Virus record (IMG/VR): IMGVR_UViG_3300048999_000052
Span: 1-64,000 of that record
DNA length: 64,000 nucleotides
Direction: 5' to 3' (one strand)
Source: a virus
A program made the position numbers and the translations under genes. Shown here piece after piece: positions 16,395 through 25,312 of the stretch. Within the stretch, counting starts at the first letter, position 1. Every line of letters begins with the position of its first letter. Below the pieces are notes generated by a model. That model saw only the letters and a program-made list of their open reading frames with translations, was not told where the DNA came from and did no database searches.

Positions 16395-17612
16395 TCAGAC
16401 CTTCGAAGCAACCTCCTGGTCGTGTTCCAGGGCCGCCTCGAAGCCCTTGAGTGCGTACGGCATCAGGAACCCGGTCTGCGGGTTGCTGGTGTCCTTGGCA
16501 AGGATCGCCCGCGCCCGCGACTGCTGGTTGGTGTCGTTCAGGAAGCCGGTGATCTGCTTGGCCGACTCCCGCAGGAAGGTGACGCCGTACCAGAATGAGC
16601 GCTCCTTGGGATCAGCCAGATCCCGGTAGTTGTCCGGCGGGGTGTTCAGATCGAACTCGACCAGCCCGCTGTGCTTGGGCGCGACCGGCGTCTCGACGAT
16701 CGGCTCGCCCTCCTCAACTACCTCCTCAGCCGGCTCGGGCAGATCGACGGTCTGCACTCGGGCAGGCTTCTGGGTGCTGACACCATCTGGCAGGCTGGCC
16801 CAGAACCGACCCCACCGGTCTTCGCTCAGGGTCATCTCGAACTCGGTCACCCAGGACTCGTCAGTCGCTTCGCGGATGCGTTGTTCGAGGTAGTCCCACT
16901 CGTGTGGCGACTCGACGTTGGTGTCGGGGTAGACCAACAAGAAGCCCTGCGCGAGCTGGCGCTCGTAGTACTGCGCAGCGTTCATGTCGGCTTCGTCCAT
17001 CTGCTCCTTCATCACGAACTCGCCGTTGTGCTCGTAGAAGTCTGCGCCCGGATACCTCTTCTGGAAGTCCTCCATCGTGCCGAAGGTCCTGTGGAAGCCG
17101 ATGTCGTTGCGGATCCGATCGACATAGGCGAAGTCGGCTGCCGACACCGTGCGCACCTTGTAACCGTGCGCGGTACTGCGCCACCAGTCCACCCCGGTCA
17201 ACGGGCTGAGCAACCAGCCCACCAGTGCGACCAGCGGGTACAACGCCAGGTTGGTGAAGGCCACGGCGTTCAGGATCGTGAAGGCCGGGAAGTGGTTGTG
17301 CATGTAGTGGTACTCGGTCTTGCGGATCCAGTTCACCACGTTCTCGCCCGTGCGCAGCAGCCACCACAACACGTTGCCAATCGCCCAGGTGAACGGTGAC
17401 TGAGACATCGAGTAGACCTCGACTGCGCTCATCCAGGTCCAAGACACCAGCCTGGTGATCTTGTGGACGACGAACAGAGCTCCTTCGAGCAGCTTGAGGC
17501 CGCCCAGTGCTCCGTACAGCGCCGTACGCTTCAGCGCCCGTCCTGCTCGTTTCAGCAGTTGGGCAGACTTTCTGCGGCCAGCCTGGGCCGCCTGCCTTAC
17601 TTTTTGGAACAT
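16395..17612 (-). CDS. Membrane-associated hypothetical protein
   Basis: 405 aa; basic N-terminus, hydrophobic segments, acidic C-terminal half; GAGGAG RBS. Confidence 0.75.
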   Translation of the reverse strand: MFQKVRQAAQAGRRKSAQLLKRAGRALKRTALYGALGGLKLLEGALFVVHKITRLVSWTWMSAVEVYSMSQSPFTWAIGNVLWWLLRTGENVVNWIRKTEYHYMHNHFPAFTILNAVAFTNLALYPLVALVGWLLSPLTGVDWWRSTAHGYKVRTVSAADFAYVDRIRNDIGFHRTFGTMEDFQKRYPGADFYEHNGEFVMKEQMDEADMNAAQYYERQLAQGFLLVYPDTNVESPHEWDYLEQRIREATDESWVTEFEMTLSEDRWGRFWASLPDGVSTQKPARVQTVDLPEPAEEVVEEGEPIVETPVAPKHSGLVEFDLNTPPDNYRDLADPKERSFWYGVTFLRESAKQITGFLNDTNQQSRARAILAKDTSNPQTGFLMPYALKGFEAALEHDQEVASKV

Positions 17613-17639
17613 CTTCTCTCCTCATGCTTCTCAAAAGGT

Positions 17640-17674
17640 GAGGGGGCCGCCCGTGCGAGAATGGCGGCCCCCTC
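17640..17674 (-). terminator. Second hairpin/terminator in the leader of the 16395 gene
   Basis: GC-rich stem GAGGGGGCCGCC pairing with GGCGGCCCC-rich arm, then ACCTTTT. Confidence 0.6.
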
Positions 17675-17698
17675 TGCCCGGAAACCAGACGGTCATCC

Positions 17699-17736
17699 GG
17701 ACATGCAAAAGGCCCAGGGCAGCAACCCTGGGCCTT
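17699..17736 (-). terminator. Terminator with CATGTCC box
   Basis: AAGGCCCAGGG/CCCTGGGCCTT then TTGCATGTCC. Confidence 0.8.
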
Positions 17737-17812
17737 CACATCCGCCTGATGCAGTGGCGGGACTTGCTGCAGCTCAACTGCAGCTCGTTCGGGCATAGCT
17801 TCGCCCGATGGC

Positions 17813-17831
17813 CCAATTATACCACAATTGG
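17813..17831 (-). promoter_or_regulatory. Extended -10 promoter (TGnTATAAT) within an inverted repeat
   Basis: Minus CCAATTGTGGTATAATTGG; TATAAT at 17816-17821; CCAATT/AATTGG arms. Confidence 0.7.
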
Positions 17832-17849
17832 ACCCTACCCTCACCTATT

Positions 17850-18047
17850 TCAGGTGAGCAGGTGCGCCACTGTCCCCACAGTAGAGGCAGCACCTGTGGC
17901 GGCGACCAGGATGAGGCAACCCCAGCCACCGCCAGACTTCTTCTTCGGGGGCGGTGGATCGTTGCGATGCCCCCCGAGCCAGTTGATGAGTTCCTCGTCG
18001 GCGTCCTCATCTTTGCGGGGCTTGAACCAGGGCTCGTGCTTGGGCAT
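17850..18047 (-). CDS. Small protein with C-terminal TM helix
   Basis: PPPPKKKSGGGWGCLILVAA...; coupled ORF. Confidence 0.65.
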   Translation of the reverse strand: MPKHEPWFKPRKDEDADEELINWLGGHRNDPPPPKKKSGGGWGCLILVAATGAASTVGTVAHLLT

Positions 18048-18256
18048 CAGCGATGGCGTTGCTTCTGCTGGGTTCCGCGCCGGACCCTGCGGCGGGCGCG
18101 GGCCTTGTCCTTGCGCCCGCGCATCATTGCCTGATAGTCCGGGTGCTTCAGCTTGCGCTGTTCTTCAGGTTCGCCGGCCGTACCGGGAAGTTGGACATCT
18201 TCCCGAGTCCCAGCTCGCATTCGTTCAGCCGTCAGTAGCCGCTTATTCTGTCCCAC
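18047..18256 (-). CDS. Small Arg-rich protein
   Basis: GTG start after GGAG; start uncertain. Confidence 0.55.
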   Translation of the reverse strand: MGQNKRLLTAERMRAGTREDVQLPGTAGEPEEQRKLKHPDYQAMMRGRKDKARARRRVRRGTQQKQRHR

Positions 18257-18620
18257 TGGCTCTCCTTCGCGCCTTTTGGCGCTGGTAGTAGTCGCTGGCG
18301 TAGTAGGCCGCGACCTGCTTTCGGTCAATTTCTGCTTGGCGCAGTTGCTTGTAGTACCAGCCGTTGGGCTTGCCCCACTTCTTCTCCATGGCTTCGCAGT
18401 GGTAGTAGAAGTTAGCCTCGGCCATCTTGGCCTCCCGTAGCCACCACGCTCCCGGGTCACGCTCGTACTCCGCGATCCGGGCCAGCCGACGTTCTTCTCT
18501 CCAGAACCGATCCAGCTCTTGTTGGGTTTGGCGGGTGCGCCACCACGGGATCGTCCAGAGCTTGTCGAGCTTTTGCTTGTAGCGCCTCCACTGCTTGCGC
18601 CGGATGTTGCGTAGCTTCAC
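18243..18620 (-). CDS. Basic/aromatic hypothetical protein
   Basis: GTGA coupling. Confidence 0.65.
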   Translation of the reverse strand: MKLRNIRRKQWRRYKQKLDKLWTIPWWRTRQTQQELDRFWREERRLARIAEYERDPGAWWLREAKMAEANFYYHCEAMEKKWGKPNGWYYKQLRQAEIDRKQVAAYYASDYYQRQKARRRASGTE

Positions 18621-18904
18621 GGCAGCAAGAGGCTGACCTGGAAGTCCAACACCCGCTTGCACCTAGTGCAGCTCAGCTCAGCCGACACCTGGCGGTTCTT
18701 GGTGCGCAGCTTCAGCTTCGGCTTATGGCCGATCCGGCACAGCGTCAGGGTCCAGGTGTAGTACTTGATCGCGCCGGCGAAGCCCAGACCCCAGACGAAG
18801 TCGTTCTTGGCCTTGTACAGGATCAGCCGAGACCAAGCCGTCGAGAGCCGAATCACGGTGTCGTTGGCATCCGCCAGGGACGAAGCCATCTTCTTAGATG
18901 ACAT
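18617..18904 (-). CDS. Hypothetical (CRIGH...CTRC)
   Basis: Zn-ribbon pattern; coupled ORF. Confidence 0.6.
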   Translation of the reverse strand: MSSKKMASSLADANDTVIRLSTAWSRLILYKAKNDFVWGLGFAGAIKYYTWTLTLCRIGHKPKLKLRTKNRQVSAELSCTRCKRVLDFQVSLLLP

Positions 18905-19682
18905 GGTCGGCCAGCCGGTACAGCGCCTCCAGCGGGGACTGGTGCGAGGTGCAGGCGTGCTCCTGGGCGTACTTGGACTGGTCGATCGGGTCGGACTCCC
19001 ACTTGCAGTCGGCGCACAAGTAGGTGAACTTGGTGCACTCCAGCTCTTCGTCGGAGATGTAGTCCCCGGCCCGAATCGTCAATCCCTGTCGGGTCGGCTC
19101 CAGCGCCATCGGCGCCACCTTGCGGCCGACGTAGGTCTCAGCCAGCACCACCCGGCCGCTGCCGCACTTCTCGCAGCGCTTGCGGTACGGGGTGTTGCCG
19201 AGGTTCTCGACCGCGGTGATGATGTGGTCTTCGAGCTCCTTGTACCAGGTCTGGCTACCGGCGGTGGCCGGGTCGCACTTGAGCTCGCGGATGTTGTCGA
19301 ACTCGTCCTCAGTCAGCGGGTACAGCCGAGTGAGGTGGTAGCTGGCGGTGAAGCCCAAGTACAGCTCGGTGGAGAAGAACAGCCCGCGCCGGTAGCCGTC
19401 CGCGTGCTTGGTGGCTTCCTCCTCGTCGGTGCCCATCGGATGATTGGGCGACTTGGCCAACCCGGCAGCCTCCAGCCTGCGCAGGTCGTCGTACTCGTCC
19501 GGCGGGCAGATCCGGCCGACGACCAGGTGCTCACGGGCGATGGACGGGGTCAACAACAACACCTTGGTGCCGTAGTCGATGTAGTTCTGCGCCTTGGCCA
19601 GTGACGACGTGGAGTTGCGATCAGCCTTGGCCTGTTCGCTGGCGACCACACCGTCGATGGTGTCGAAAAACTCGTCGGTCAT
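18894..19682 (-). CDS. Hypothetical Zn-binding protein
   Basis: CEKCG and CADC motifs; ATGA coupling. Confidence 0.75.
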   Translation of the reverse strand: MTDEFFDTIDGVVASEQAKADRNSTSSLAKAQNYIDYGTKVLLLTPSIAREHLVVGRICPPDEYDDLRRLEAAGLAKSPNHPMGTDEEEATKHADGYRRGLFFSTELYLGFTASYHLTRLYPLTEDEFDNIRELKCDPATAGSQTWYKELEDHIITAVENLGNTPYRKRCEKCGSGRVVLAETYVGRKVAPMALEPTRQGLTIRAGDYISDEELECTKFTYLCADCKWESDPIDQSKYAQEHACTSHQSPLEALYRLADHVI

Positions 19683-20227
19683 GATTCCTTCTTCTCAGTA
19701 ATCTGGCTCGCCTCGATCGCCGGCGGGTCAGTGATCTTGTACTTCGGCTGGAACTCGTACGGGTAGTCGAACACCAGCTTGTGCTTTTGGCGCAGGCTGC
19801 GGATCCGTTCGAAGTCCGGCTTGCCGATCTGACGCTTCGGCTCACCCAAGTCCCAGCGGGGGTGTTCCTCCCACCACTTCTCATCCCGGGCGTAGTACTC
19901 GACCCAGGTGTGCGGGATCAGCGGAATCGTGTCCAGCAGCTGCATGGACACGTCGTAGGCGGCGAACACGGCTTTGCTATCCACCGGTTCGCCAGCAGAC
20001 TCAAGCAGCGCTGCGCAGTGCTCCGCGCTGAACTGCAAGACATCAGCCTTGGCGCCTAGGTCGTAGCCGGGCAGGACCCCAGTGATCATGTCCATTACCT
20101 GCCCAACAGCGACCACGATCAGCGTGCCGATTCGTTCCCACAATCTGACCCGAGCTTGCTGGGCCTCGATGGATTCGGCGTTCACCACCTCGCCTTCAGG
20201 GGTGACGATCGTGGACTGTGCGTTCAC
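19679..20227 (-). CDS. Hypothetical protein
   Basis: AGGAG RBS, 182 aa. Confidence 0.7.
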   Translation of the reverse strand: MNAQSTIVTPEGEVVNAESIEAQQARVRLWERIGTLIVVAVGQVMDMITGVLPGYDLGAKADVLQFSAEHCAALLESAGEPVDSKAVFAAYDVSMQLLDTIPLIPHTWVEYYARDEKWWEEHPRWDLGEPKRQIGKPDFERIRSLRQKHKLVFDYPYEFQPKYKITDPPAIEASQITEKKES

Positions 20228-20388
20228 TGGTCTCTCCTAATGATCAGACCCCGTTGTGGGGTGTGGCGCTTTCGGTACAGCACCGTAGTAGGTACCGCGC
20301 AGAGCAGGACAAGTACGAAGAACAGGCCGACCCCCCCACATCTTTCAGGCCAGCTCCGCCTGCTTGGCGGCTTCGATGTCAGCTTCAT
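20224..20388 (-). CDS. Small TM protein (not in ORF track; start uncertain)
   Basis: GVGLFFVLVLLCAVPTTVLYRKRH...; ends in a GTGA overlap. Confidence 0.45.
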   Translation of the reverse strand: MKLTSKPPSRRSWPERCGGVGLFFVLVLLCAVPTTVLYRKRHTPQRGLIIRRDQ

Positions 20389-20845
20389 CCGGCACCGGCG
20401 GTTCGTAGTGGCCGATGAACTGGCTGAGGTTCTGCTCCGGGATCCAGTCCTGGAGCCCGTCCAACAAGTGGGTCAAGACGATGACCCAGTCCTTCTGCTT
20501 GACGTGTGCCATCTGCAGGACGATCGGATCGGCGGCCAAGGACGGGTCGGCCGAGAAGTTCCGGACCGAGTAGACCCCTTCAGCCTGCTTGAAGATGATC
20601 AGGTCGTTGTCCCACTCGAAGTAGATCTCGGGGATCTTTGCGGCATCGCGCAAGGCCTTGTCCAGGCGCTTGACCAACTCGATCCCGGGGACGAAGTCAT
20701 CCCTGAACGTCAACGTCAGGTTGAACCGGCCGTCGCTGTCGTCCTCCAGCTCGTAGGCCAACCGCGAGGTGTAGTACTGACGCTCCGGATTGGTCAGTGC
20801 CTTGATCACGATCGCGGCCATCGAGCTGTTCTGGCTGTGCTTCAC
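20345..20845 (-). CDS. Hypothetical protein
   Basis: GTG start after AAGGAG. Confidence 0.7.
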   Translation of the reverse strand: MKHSQNSSMAAIVIKALTNPERQYYTSRLAYELEDDSDGRFNLTLTFRDDFVPGIELVKRLDKALRDAAKIPEIYFEWDNDLIIFKQAEGVYSVRNFSADPSLAADPIVLQMAHVKQKDWVIVLTHLLDGLQDWIPEQNLSQFIGHYEPPVPDEADIEAAKQAELA

Positions 20846-20859
20846 TCTGCTCTCCTTTT

Positions 20860-20896
20860 GGACATGACAAAGGCCCCGGACCATGTGGTCGGGGCC
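20860..20896 (-). terminator. Terminator with CATGTCC box
   Basis: GGCCCCG...CGGGGCC stem then TTTGTCATGTCC. Confidence 0.75.
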
Positions 20897-20931
20897 AATC
20901 AGGGCAGGCGTGGTCACTGCACCTAGGAAGT

Positions 20932-20940
20932 ACTATACCA
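20932..20940 (-). promoter_or_regulatory. Extended -10 promoter (TGGTATAGT)
   Basis: TGn + TATAGT at the end of the 20933 ORF, about 35 nt upstream of a terminator. Confidence 0.55.
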
Positions 20941-21142
20941 TACCCTGTTCTGATTCACCACTTGGTGCTGGTTGGTACTTGCGGATGAACCGGGACAACT
21001 TGGTGACCATCGTCCCATGGTTGGTGAAGGTGTAGCGGACCTTGGAGTTCAGTCGCTTGACGATGGTGACCGGCTCGCCGTCTTCGATCCGAACCCATCT
21101 GTCACCCCTCTCCAATGGGTAGTCGGCGTAGGGGTCGATCAG
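20933..21142 (-). CDS. Small SH3-like hypothetical (start uncertain)
   Basis: GDRW...VTIV...VRY...F...Y pattern; possible CTG start in a CTGA overlap. Confidence 0.55.
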   Translation of the reverse strand: MIDPYADYPLERGDRWVRIEDGEPVTIVKRLNSKVRYTFTNHGTMVTKLSRFIRKYQPAPSGESEQGMV

Positions 21143-21633
21143 AACACGCGGACTCCGGTCTCCTGTTCGATCTCCTCCAGTTCGTGCAGGATCGTCCCCG
21201 GCGGGGTGTCCGGCGCCACCGTGTAGTCCTTGGTCAGCGCCGTGGTGTGGTACGCCTGGATCGTCCCGCCGTCCTCGAAGTGCGTCTCCACGCCCAGCAC
21301 GTACCGGCCCAGCTCCTCGTCGTACCTGCGGCCGACGAACTGGTTGTTTCGCCAGATCGCGAGGAGAAGGTTTGCGCCCTTGACCGGGTACACCCGGTTC
21401 TCCACCAGTTCGCTCTTCGGGATCCATGGGCTTGCCACCTCCGGCCCTTTGGGTGCCTCGTCCGGCACGTTTTCAACGAAGATCTCGGTCTCGATCAGAC
21501 CCTCGAAGCCGGGGTTCACTTCGGCCGCGAAGGCCTCCATGATCGGCTGCAGCTCGTGCACCACCCCGGCTAGCACCTTGGGTGGGGCGTCTTCGCGCAC
21601 CGAGACCTTGAAGCCAATCTTGATCGACTTCAC
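21139..21633 (-). CDS. Hypothetical protein
   Basis: GTGA-coupled, GGAGG RBS. Confidence 0.7.
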   Translation of the reverse strand: MKSIKIGFKVSVREDAPPKVLAGVVHELQPIMEAFAAEVNPGFEGLIETEIFVENVPDEAPKGPEVASPWIPKSELVENRVYPVKGANLLLAIWRNNQFVGRRYDEELGRYVLGVETHFEDGGTIQAYHTTALTKDYTVAPDTPPGTILHELEEIEQETGVRVF

Positions 21634-22595
21634 TTGTCCTCCCGGTCCAGATCGACTTGGACTTCGACCGGTGTTCCCTCAGCGAGGAGCTTGTCGTACT
21701 CCTCGACGGTGATGTTGTCATCGGCCAGCCCAGGGCTGGCCTGCTCGAACTTCCAGAACTCCTGGATCTCCAGCTGCTGCTGGGCGCTGAAGTTTGGGAA
21801 CAACTCCCGCAGCCGGTCGTCGGTGAAGATGTTGAACAGATCCTCGGTATCCAGCTGCTGAATCCCGGCGACGGTGAGGACGACCTCGACCTCCTGGAAT
21901 TCCTCGGCGGGTACCTCGATGCCCAGGTCAGCGGGGCTCAGCTGTCGGACTCCGGGGACGACTCCGACCACGTTGCCTGCGCTCTGGGCCATGGCCTTGA
22001 GCTTGGCCTGGCCGGCGGCATCATTTCGCGCGGGAAACGCGGCGGCGTCGAGCTCTTCCTTGCTGATGTCGCGGTGGCGGCCTTGGGTGTCGGGGTCGAG
22101 ATTGGAGCCCTCCAGCTGGGTATGCAGCTTGCAGGAGGAGTTCCACATCTTGATTGCCCAGCCGTTCGGCCCATCCGTCAGTACGCAGGTGCAGCCCTGC
22201 TCCCTGGGGTTGGAGTGCTCGAACACCGAGCCGTTGACTGGTACCGGCATGGTCGACAGGGTCAAGATGTTGCGCGGGTCGGCCATCGCTTGCCAGGCCC
22301 AGTCCTGGCGGTAGTCGCAGTCGTTGACCGGACAGACCCAGCCGTCGCAGATCGCGACCAGCTTCATCTTGGTCTCGTGCTCGTTCGGGCAGGTGAACGG
22401 GTGGAAGTTGCCCCGCTCCTGGAACAGGTTCAGCTGGCTGACAACCTCGTCGGTCCACGGCGCCCAGATCTTCATGCTGTCCAGATCATTCTGCAGATCC
22501 GGATCGTGACCCTCGGCCAGTACTTCCTCGATCTTGCTGTCGATCTGCTGGCTGGCAGCTTCGAGCAGCTCGTCGAAGTCCTTCTTCTCACCCAC
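21630..22595 (-). CDS. Multi-module Cys/His protein
   Basis: APWT...LN.FQ..G.FHPFTC...LVA..DGWVC...CDYRQDWA module plus GCTC...CKLH module. Confidence 0.75.
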   Translation of the reverse strand: MGEKKDFDELLEAASQQIDSKIEEVLAEGHDPDLQNDLDSMKIWAPWTDEVVSQLNLFQERGNFHPFTCPNEHETKMKLVAICDGWVCPVNDCDYRQDWAWQAMADPRNILTLSTMPVPVNGSVFEHSNPREQGCTCVLTDGPNGWAIKMWNSSCKLHTQLEGSNLDPDTQGRHRDISKEELDAAAFPARNDAAGQAKLKAMAQSAGNVVGVVPGVRQLSPADLGIEVPAEEFQEVEVVLTVAGIQQLDTEDLFNIFTDDRLRELFPNFSAQQQLEIQEFWKFEQASPGLADDNITVEEYDKLLAEGTPVEVQVDLDREDK

Positions 22596-22815
22596 GGTGT
22601 ACCTCCTCGCAGTACGGAAGGCCTAGCGCCTTCTCGTGTTGTTTCTCGGTGAAGCCGAGCCAGCCCCTTTCCGGGGCCAAGCGTCCGCAGTAGATGCAGA
22701 CGCCGTGCTCGGCTTCGTTGGCCCAGACGTTGTGGGCGTACTTGCCGTAGCGGGAAAACACTCGTGGCGAATTGGTGCCATCCCGGCTGGTGTCGATCGT
22801 GTCGGGCGTAGTCAT
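22588..22815 (-). CDS. Small Zn-binding hypothetical
   Basis: H.W...CIYCG...C. Confidence 0.6.
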   Translation of the reverse strand: MTTPDTIDTSRDGTNSPRVFSRYGKYAHNVWANEAEHGVCIYCGRLAPERGWLGFTEKQHEKALGLPYCEEVHRG

Positions 22816-22985
22816 AAGGGCTCCAGATCTTCCGGGTCGCAGAGGTCATAGCCCCTTGGCACCTCTACGACTATCTCCCCCGTGGTCAAGACAGCTACTA
22901 CGTGGCCACGGATGTTCTTACTGATGATGCGTACTTTCTGTCCCACCCGTGCCTCACTGCTACCTAACAAGCTAATCCCCTCCAT
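22812..22985 (-). CDS. Small KOW/SH3-like hypothetical
   Basis: VGQKVRII...GHVV...LEPL; ATGA coupling. Confidence 0.55.
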   Translation of the reverse strand: MEGISLLGSSEARVGQKVRIISKNIRGHVVAVLTTGEIVVEVPRGYDLCDPEDLEPL

Positions 22986-23178
22986 ACTTGTCAATCGCGT
23001 CTTTGATGACGCGGAATTCCAGCAGGCAAGCAAGCGCTGCCAGAAATGCGCAGAGCCTTGCCTGCCACCAGTGGTGTTCCAAAGCATTGATCACCAGCAA
23101 GAAGCCGGTCAAGAACACCACCGCCCCCATGAAGAGCGCGGCCAGGAAGTCAATGACCACCCAGCCGAACCACTTCAG
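22972..23178 (-). CDS. Two-TM membrane protein (start uncertain)
   Basis: Two hydrophobic helices. Confidence 0.55.
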   Translation of the reverse strand: MKWFGWVVIDFLAALFMGAVVFLTGFLLVINALEHHWWQARLCAFLAALACLLEFRVIKDAIDKYGGD

Positions 23179-23597
23179 TCCTTCAATGCTCGGCCGTCGC
23201 GCCGACCTTCCCAGCGCATATAGTCCCAGCACAAGATTGCCACCGCGGCGCTTAGCACGAAGCTGGCGCCGAGTACGACCTTCGCCGCGGTGTCGAGCTC
23301 GTTGATGAAGGTAAGCAGGAACAGGTTGTTGAGTACGGCCCAGAACGCCATTCCCATCAGACCCAGCGCGAACGCTCCCGACGTGAACTGCAGCCTGGAC
23401 CTGATCCGCAGCCTCCACAGCAAGGCGACGAACCCTCTGGGCGACTCTTGGCTGGCGTCGGTATACCGGTTGCAGTACTGACATCTCTTTCCAATCTGGG
23501 ATTTCTCAGCGCTCGGACCGTCCTGGATGACGATCCACATGTCCCCCACCAACCAGCAGGCTGAGCCATCCCGGTGAATGTACTTTCTTCTTCTCAT
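23175..23597 (-). CDS. Membrane protein with N-terminal Cys motif
   Basis: CQYC plus two TM helices. Confidence 0.65.
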   Translation of the reverse strand: MRRRKYIHRDGSACWLVGDMWIVIQDGPSAEKSQIGKRCQYCNRYTDASQESPRGFVALLWRLRIRSRLQFTSGAFALGLMGMAFWAVLNNLFLLTFINELDTAAKVVLGASFVLSAAVAILCWDYMRWEGRRDGRALKD

Positions 23598-23854
23598 CTC
23601 CCCCTACACCTATCTGCTCGTTCGCCGGCTTTGAAGCTGACGACTGATTCGCCGGCGTGATGCCTAGCGCGTTCTTGGCGGTACGCACAAAGCCCCCAGT
23701 CGATGGCCATCTGGATCCGCCAGTTGTGTGGACGGCGAGCGATGGTGGACAACGATCTGGGGGCGTAGCCGAGCTGCTCCGAAGTGCGCTCGATCGATCC
23801 GTAGTGCTGCATCAGGTAGAAGACCTGCAGCGGGTCCAGGGAACTGACCATCAA
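23594..23854 (-). CDS. HTH-like small protein
   Basis: YGSIERTSEQLGYAPRSLSTI resembles a helix-turn-helix. Confidence 0.55.
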   Translation of the reverse strand: MMVSSLDPLQVFYLMQHYGSIERTSEQLGYAPRSLSTIARRPHNWRIQMAIDWGLCAYRQERARHHAGESVVSFKAGERADRCRGR

Positions 23855-24021
23855 GCCCCCAGAAGCATCAACAAGATGCCGCCGAACATCAGCAACATGC
23901 CGACGACCGCAGTACGAAGCAGGGCGAAGCCGATGGCCGTGAGGGCCATCCCGAAGCCCAACCCGATGGCGACGGTGCCGATCCAGAAGAAGACCGCGTT
24001 GTGGACGTCAATGGTGGTCAT
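23851..24021 (-). CDS. Small two-TM protein
   Basis: ATGA-coupled start MTTIDVH; fully hydrophobic. Confidence 0.6.
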   Translation of the reverse strand: MTTIDVHNAVFFWIGTVAIGLGFGMALTAIGFALLRTAVVGMLLMFGGILLMLLGA

Positions 24022-24425
24022 TTGCTCGGGGGTGCCTGCTCCTTCGGCAGGCACAGCCCTTCACCTCCCGCCGCGTCCGGCCACCAGGTGTGGTCGCTGT
24101 GGCCCCAGGTGTCGGTTTCCTTGCCGCATCCGATGGCCCGTTCCTTCTTGGCGTTGATCTGGGCGACCTCTGGCGAAACCGGCGGGCCAGACTTGGCGCC
24201 GATGATGATCACTCCCACAGCCGAGCCCAGCATCGAGACCGCCAGGATCGGGGTGACGACCCACCGAGTCCAGGTGGCCATCTGGTTGCGACGGCGTTGC
24301 GCGATCAGGGCGATTTCCTTGTCGGCCTTGACCTTGGCCATGTTCTGTTCGTGCCGGTACTTCTCAACTTGAAAGTCCAACGAGCGGAAATGCTCGATCT
24401 CTTTATCAACCGGCTCCTTGGTCAC
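24018..24425 (-). CDS. Single-pass membrane protein
   Basis: Coiled N-terminus, TM helix, Cys pair; AGGAGGAG RBS. Confidence 0.7.
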   Translation of the reverse strand: MTKEPVDKEIEHFRSLDFQVEKYRHEQNMAKVKADKEIALIAQRRRNQMATWTRWVVTPILAVSMLGSAVGVIIIGAKSGPPVSPEVAQINAKKERAIGCGKETDTWGHSDHTWWPDAAGGEGLCLPKEQAPPSK

Positions 24426-24520
24426 CGGTCATCTCCTCCTGTCCACCAAACGTGGATGTAGTAACAGCCGAAGTAGCCCAAAACGACCAGAGACAAGAAG
24501 TCCCAGCCGGATGTGTCCAC

Positions 24521-24718
24521 CTAAAAGACCTCCATGAATTGCGACTTCCGGAAGAACGACGATGGGATGGGTTTACGGAACCAGTGGGTAAACACGTGGG
24601 CCATGGCCACATCCCAGCTATCAAAGAACATGATCGAGTCTTCGTCGCCATCCTTGACCGCGATCCAGTACTCGTCGCCGTTGAAGTGGTCGTAGTACTT
24701 CCAGATTTTGACTTTCAC
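24521..24718 (-). CDS. Small aromatic-rich hypothetical
   Basis: GTGA-coupled. Confidence 0.6.
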   Translation of the reverse strand: MKVKIWKYYDHFNGDEYWIAVKDGDEDSIMFFDSWDVAMAHVFTHWFRKPIPSSFFRKSQFMEVF

Positions 24719-24891
24719 GTCATGAACAATGTGATTCCGACCAGGACGAAACCCAGGCCGAGCAGCGACCAGATCGAGATCAGTTCTTTATTGTTCACCG
24801 GGTGGTAGAAGCCGCGCCGGAAGGTGATGATCACCGCCGTCACTGCGAGGAGCAATCCGAGCCCCAGCAGGATGTACTTCTCGGTGCTCAA
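24715..24891 (-). CDS. Small two-TM protein
   Basis: TTGA-coupled start LSTEKYILLG. Confidence 0.6.
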   Translation of the reverse strand: MSTEKYILLGLGLLLAVTAVIITFRRGFYHPVNNKELISIWSLLGLGFVLVGITLFMT

Positions 24892-25178
24892 AGGGACTCC
24901 TTGACGTAGTAACCTGCCTGGATCCGGTGGACGACGTCCTTGGCTTGGAATGGCAGCCGGGTACCGCAGTACAGGCAGTAGTCGTGTTCGGGCTTCATGC
25001 AGCTGTCCTCGGTGGCCTCGTGGGCCACCAACAGGTGACAGACCAGCCACTGCACCCGCTCGTCGGACGGCCAAGTCAGGGCGGCGTACAGCCTGCCGCG
25101 GATCTTGTGGTCGTAGATGAAGTTGTCCAGCTTGTTGCTGGCCCGGTACAGCTTGAGTCGTAACTCGTATCGGTTCAC
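24888..25178 (-). CDS. Hypothetical Zn-binding protein (C.KPEHDYCxxC)
   Basis: GTGA-coupled; recognisable motif. Confidence 0.65.
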   Translation of the reverse strand: MNRYELRLKLYRASNKLDNFIYDHKIRGRLYAALTWPSDERVQWLVCHLLVAHEATEDSCMKPEHDYCLYCGTRLPFQAKDVVHRIQAGYYVKESL

Positions 25179-25312
25179 CGCAGCTTCCTCCACCGGTACT
25201 CCTCTTCCATGCAGATGCAGCAGCACCTGCAGTCGGAGATCCACGGGTTGAACTTGGGGTTGCGGGTGGATTTATTCCACCAGTAGTGGAGTTCGTGTCT
25301 GAGCCACCTCAC
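25175..25312 (-). CDS. Small Cys-cluster peptide (not in ORF track)
   Basis: VRWLRHELHYWW...DCRCCCICMEEEY; GTGA overlaps at both ends. Confidence 0.5.
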   Translation of the reverse strand: MRWLRHELHYWWNKSTRNPKFNPWISDCRCCCICMEEEYRWRKLR

